From contig MU062262.1 of NCBI GenBank assembly GCA_013265495.1, positions 2,046,001-2,110,000 on the forward strand: a stretch of DNA of 64,000 nt. The letters run 5' to 3'. Shown one piece after another: positions 59,770-64,000 of this stretch (position 1 is the first letter of the stretch; each line of letters starts with the position of its first letter). This DNA is from Vicugna vicugna. Its lineage: Eukaryota. Under the pieces are notes generated by a model. It was given only the letters and a program-made list of their open reading frames with translations, was not told the origin of the DNA and did no database searches. The translations under genes and the position numbers were made by a program.

Positions 59770-60160
59770 GTTAAATGTTTTATTCTAATTAGTAAAGTAA
59801 TGGATGTTTATTGTGGGAAATGTATAGGATACAACTATAAATAAGAAAATAAAATTTATCTGTGACCAAAACAGAATGATGGCCACTATTAACATATTTT
59901 AGTATGTTCCTTCTAAATATTTCTCTATTTGTATTTTTTATCTAATTGAGATCATACTGCTTCTTTAATTTTGTACCTTGCATTTTTTCCTTCAACGTCA
60001 TGTAAAGTCTTTGAGGTTATTGAAACCTTATTTTTAAAAGTCTATTCTTATAGTTGCAACATTATTATTTAACCATACTACCATGATTGGATAATTAGAT
60101 TGTTTCTAATTTTTGTGTGATTATAAGCTATTCCAAGTAAACCTTTTTTATAACAAGATT
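59770..60160 (-). mobile_element. Old L1ME-type 3' UTR fragment
   Basis: ggccactattaacatattttagtatgttccttc...ttgagatcatactg...ggataattagattgtttctaattttt. Confidence 0.7.
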
Positions 60161-60269
60161 TATTAAAGATTATTCTTTTAAATGCTCAGATGATCTAATT
60201 TGCTAATCATATGCCTCATTTGTCAGTTAGATCAAATCACTCCTTTCCATTTATCCGAAATAATAGAGT

Positions 60270-60450
60270 AGAACAAATCACTAAGCTAAAAGTAAAAAAT
60301 CTTGGGTTCCAGCCCAGGTTGGAAGCTAACTAATGATGCAGCCTTGGGGAAGCAATATGCCTTTGACACTGAGCCTCAGTTTCTTTGTTTATAAAATGGA
60401 GTGCTTGGGCTAGATCATCTTCAATATCCCTTTCAGCTCTAGCATCCTAT
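60270..60450 (+). mobile_element. MIR3 SINE
   Basis: cttgggttccagccc...gccttggggaagc...ctgagcctcagtttctttgtttataaaatggag...ctagatcatcttc...cccttcagctctagcatcctat. Confidence 0.8.
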
Positions 60451-61069
60451 ACTGTTAGGACTGCTTCTTACTTCTCTTCAAGAAACAGCTTCATGGGCTC
60501 AATTTCAGGCCTCTTTGACATTTTGAGTTACCTACAAATCTTCTCTGATTTCCAGTATTTCTGATTTAATTTCCTTCCTTTTATCCAACTTTGGCTATTC
60601 CTTAATCTTCTTATCTAGGTCTTCCTTTTGTTCCTTTTTTCACTGCCATCCATTAAGCTGAGATGAACCCTCTCTTCTTGATCTTTTACCCACTCAGTAC
60701 CTGATTTTTCTTTAAATCCTTTCTCAATACTTAGTTGTTTTTTTTTCTGTTAATCCTTTTGATGTTCAGTCCTCACAAAGATTGCTCAGCCTTCTACTTT
60801 CTGTTGTCTCTACAAAAATAAATGCAAATGAAAAGTTGGATGAAAGAATAACAGCCAGTGAAAGTAAACCCAGGAACATGATACAGCACAATCTGGTGTT
60901 TTAATATAATGTGTCTGTAACGAACTATATGTGGTCTGCGGTTTAGTGGGGAGGGTGAGGGAGGGGGCAGCATGTGCTGAAGGCTGGCTGAAAGGCCAAA
61001 GAATATTTCAGTCAACAAAGTTAATAGAGGCCCATATGTCACATTACTCTTAATCTCATAACAAAAATG

Positions 61070-61235
61070 ATGATAGTAATCAGTAATTGGTAACATTTTT
61101 AATTGCTTTTTATGTGGCAGACATTATACTAAGCATATTGATGAGCCATGTCTCTTTAGAATCTTCAGGAACCCCTGTGAGGTAGGAATTATTATTACTC
61201 CCAATTTGTCGATGGGGAAACTGATGTATTAAAAT
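61070..61235 (-). mobile_element. MIR SINE
   Basis: ttttatgtggcagacattatactaagc...ccctgtgaggtagg...ccaatttgtcgatggggaaactga. Confidence 0.8.
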
Positions 61236-61689
61236 CATTTCTCAATATTATAATAAATACATTTACAGGAATTGTATCAAATCTCTGGAAGGTGTTCAGT
61301 GTAATAGCAGGCATGGATTATATCATGTATCAGTTAGAATGTGGCAGATAGTCTTAATGTGGTTTTGCGCCAAACCCATAACCTAAGACAAGGTTGACTG
61401 GTGAAAGGGAGAGAGGAAAGAAGGGAGGGTCAAAATAAGGGCGTGTCTTCGAGGCCACCCCTGCAGGCTCCTGGCAAATGGAAGTTGCCTCAACATCTCA
61501 AGATCAGTTCCTGGAATTGTGGAGTCTGGCATTCTCCCTTTTGCTATACTATCCTTTCTGAAAGTGGGTTTTCAGAAAAATTCTTTGGGGAATTGTTGAT
61601 AGGCAAGGAACAAACAAAAGGAATGACTCAATCAAATTACTTGGAGAAACACTACAAGGAAAATAGGAGGAAAAGAAAGGAGAGTGATT

Positions 61690-61870
61690 CACTGCATCTT
61701 CTGTGCCAGGCACTTTTCCTTCACTATTCCATCTGATCTTCCCCAGAAGGATAGGAAATGCCCATCATTTCCATTTTAATTGGGGCTCAAAGAAATTATG
61801 TAACTAAGGTAGGATCCCCATACACAGGGTAAGAGTAGCTGTTGGAACCTAACCCTGTCTGACTTGAGCA
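61690..61870 (-). mobile_element. MIR SINE
   Basis: ctgtgccaggcac...ccattttaattggggctcaaagaaattatgtaact...ggaacctaaccctgtctgact. Confidence 0.65.
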
Positions 61871-62529
61871 TCTATCCTCTGTTCTGAATATTCATTGTCT
61901 ACAGGAGTTAGTCCTGGCATCATTTTTTTTGCAGGGAAAGGTCACTCCCACCTCTCTTACATGCTATCAGACATATGTCTGTTCACTAAACTCATATGTC
62001 TGCTCACAATCATGCAGTTTGTTGATGGTTTGCTCTGCTGGGCAGCTGTCTAGGTCCCACTGGAGCTGAGATGTGTTTGTAGCAAACAGTAAACCCATAG
62101 GCCTGTTTTTAAAAACAGTTTGTGGAACTTGTCCCAGATGTGAGCACTGTACACTAACCCACCACGCTCCTGCTCTGTGCTGGTTGTCCCCATCTGTGGC
62201 TCTCTTCTTTCTGGACTAGTCATCTGTCACATACAGTTCCCTGCCAAATCAGTGCTTTCCAGAAACCCAAAGGGAAAGCAAGTTCTGAATGAATAAGGGC
62301 AAAATATGTCATATTTCTTTCAAACTAGCTTCCACATTAAAATTTACCTGATTTATTTTCATTCCCAGATGTAGAGAGGCATGGATATTTCACAGCTGCT
62401 ACTCAGATGGTCCAGAAATACTATTTGGGGCCATAATTTCAATTTCTCCTTGACCAAAACTTGAACTGTGTTAGCTGACCAGAAAAACCCAAATAAACCT
62501 GAATAACACTCTCTTCTTTTCAGAGGATA

Positions 62530-62760
62530 GGCTTCAGAGAAAGATAGACATGATTTTAAATCCCAGCTCTGCTTTTGACCAGATATGTAACTTTGGGTAA
62601 GTTAATTAAGCTCTCTGTTCTGTCATCATGACATGGGGATACAACGGTAATGACCATATTTACCCCAAAGTATTTCTTTCTGAAGATAAAAGAAGCAGTG
62701 TGCAAAGTATATAGCAAATTTCCTATCACTGGCAGATACTCAACAAGTGTTAGCTTCCAT
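62530..62760 (+). mobile_element. MIR SINE
   Basis: ttttaaatcccagctctgc...tgtaactttgggtaagttaattaagctctctg...cctatcactggcagatactcaacaagtgttagcttcc. Confidence 0.75.
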
Positions 62761-63404
62761 TCTGTTCCCTCCAATCTCCATCACTTTGTCCTGATAAAAA
62801 TAGGTAACAGACTAGAAAAGGTGTTTGAAGTTAGACAGTAACAATCTACAACTCTAGATTTTCACTGTTCTAGAGTTTTAGCAGTGCAGTTAGCATGTAA
62901 TTCCCAGATTAGAAGAAAACTACAATAAAGGAAAAATCTAACTCTGACACTCAGATCCTGTTTGTTTCTGGGAAAGAGTTGTGTGTCTTATTAAATACTG
63001 ACTACTGTGCTATTCTCTCCATAAAATGATTGGTTGAATTAGGTGGACAGGGAGTTGGAATTGAATAGAGCCAGGAAAACAGCAAAAACAGCTGTGTCTG
63101 AATGGAGGCAGCAAACTTCCAGCTCTTGCTGATTCATTTCTCCAGCAGTTTTTACTTAAGAGAACCATCCATAATACATGGCTGCTGGATGATAAAGAAG
63201 GCAAATCACCCAAATTGTGAGCATCATGAGCATCACGCATTGACTTTTCCAATTCCGGGAAATGGCATGATAAGCTACCTATAATTTTTCTAGGAGGAGC
63301 ATGAGGGAAAAAGAAATATAGTTACTCAGACAAAGAGACATGACAATGACTGATTTGCTTTTTTAGTATGCCTTCACCATCCTTCCAAAAAAGAATTAAT
63401 TATA

Positions 63405-64000
63405 ATTCATTTTTTAACAAACATTTGTTAAACATCTATTGTGTGCCAGGCATAAGGTGTTGGGTATGCAGAGGGCAGTAGATGACCATGATCCCTGCCC
63501 TTCATGGAGCATGCAGCCTAGTGCATCCAATAAACACATCACTAAAGATATAAATACCTCTTTTCAATTAGATGAAATTGTGGGGAAGGTAGAAGCAGTG
63601 GGGACATGCTTAGAAGTGCCAGCAACCACTTAAGTGGAGCCTACAAAAAGAGGGGGAGTCAGGCACGCAAAATGCCAAGAGCAGGACACCCCATCACAGA
63701 GGCATGTCGGAAGCAAAGTCTATGGGAGGGAAAAAGCTTGGCTTGTTCTGGAAACTGAAAGAAGCCACTGTGGCTAAAGAAAAGCTAGCAAGGGAAGGTG
63801 GTATGAATGGGAGCTTGGAGAGGAAAGCAGGGACTTGTTGGCTACATAAAAAATGAGGCTTTTATTATAAGGTTAACATGAAACCATTTAAATGTTTGAC
63901 TCAGGGGAATAGCATATTTAGATTTGCGATTTTAAAAGATCCCTCTAGTTGCTTGGTGGAGGAAGGTTTGTGTAGAGAGGATACAAGATTTGCAGCCAAT
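63405..64000 (-). mobile_element. L2a/b 3' portion (continues past the window end)
   Basis: ttcattttttaacaaacatttgttaaacatctattgtgtgccaggc...ccctgcccttcatggagc...ttggcttgttctggaaactgaaag...ggaaaccatttaaatgtttgactcaggg...ttttaaaagatccctct. Confidence 0.85.

Noticed and set aside
101-63633. The ~150 short ORFs (60-159 aa) in the six-frame track
   Set aside because: These are expected at random in mammalian DNA. Those with protein-like content are L1/L2 remnants, microsatellite translations or N-gap artefacts. None resembles a host protein I recognise.
1-64000. Strand bias of L1/LTR elements as evidence of a minus-strand host gene
   Set aside because: Younger elements are mostly on the + strand, but older L1ME and MLT1J/K/L/F and LTR16A copies are on the - strand. 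The bias appears only after post hoc selection.

Overview
This is mammalian non-coding DNA, AT-rich and CpG-depleted, with two assembly gaps (3485-3801 and 51468-51683). A tRNA-derived SINE at ~17.2 kb matches my recollection of the camelid Vic-1/ALPINE SINE, so the source is probably an alpaca, llama or camel. The window is dominated by ancient eutherian interspersed repeats: L2, MIR, L3/CR1, L1M, MaLR/ERVL/ERV1 LTRs and hAT-Charlie MER5 elements. Several are nested and keep readable target-site duplications (TSDs). I found no host protein-coding exon that I can recognise. The only protein-like ORFs are decayed L1 ORF1/ORF2 and L2 reverse-transcriptase remnants. There is no CRISPR array, rRNA or functional tRNA. 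I do not see convincing evidence of a new biological system. The best leads are: (i) a candidate minus-strand TATA/CCAAT/GC-box promoter with local CpG retention at ~31.0-31.2 kb; (ii) a repeat-free island rich in palindromes and homeobox/SOX/FOX motifs at ~41.6-42.3 kb; (iii) an L1 with two large internal deletions and a TSD, sitting inside MER5A1; (iv) an L1 ORF2 fragment truncated at both ends inside a contiguous L3; (v) an unexplained ~465 bp insert in an MLT1 LTR. Repeat family names come from recalled consensus sequences, not a RepeatMasker run. Boundaries without a TSD are approximate (tens of bp).
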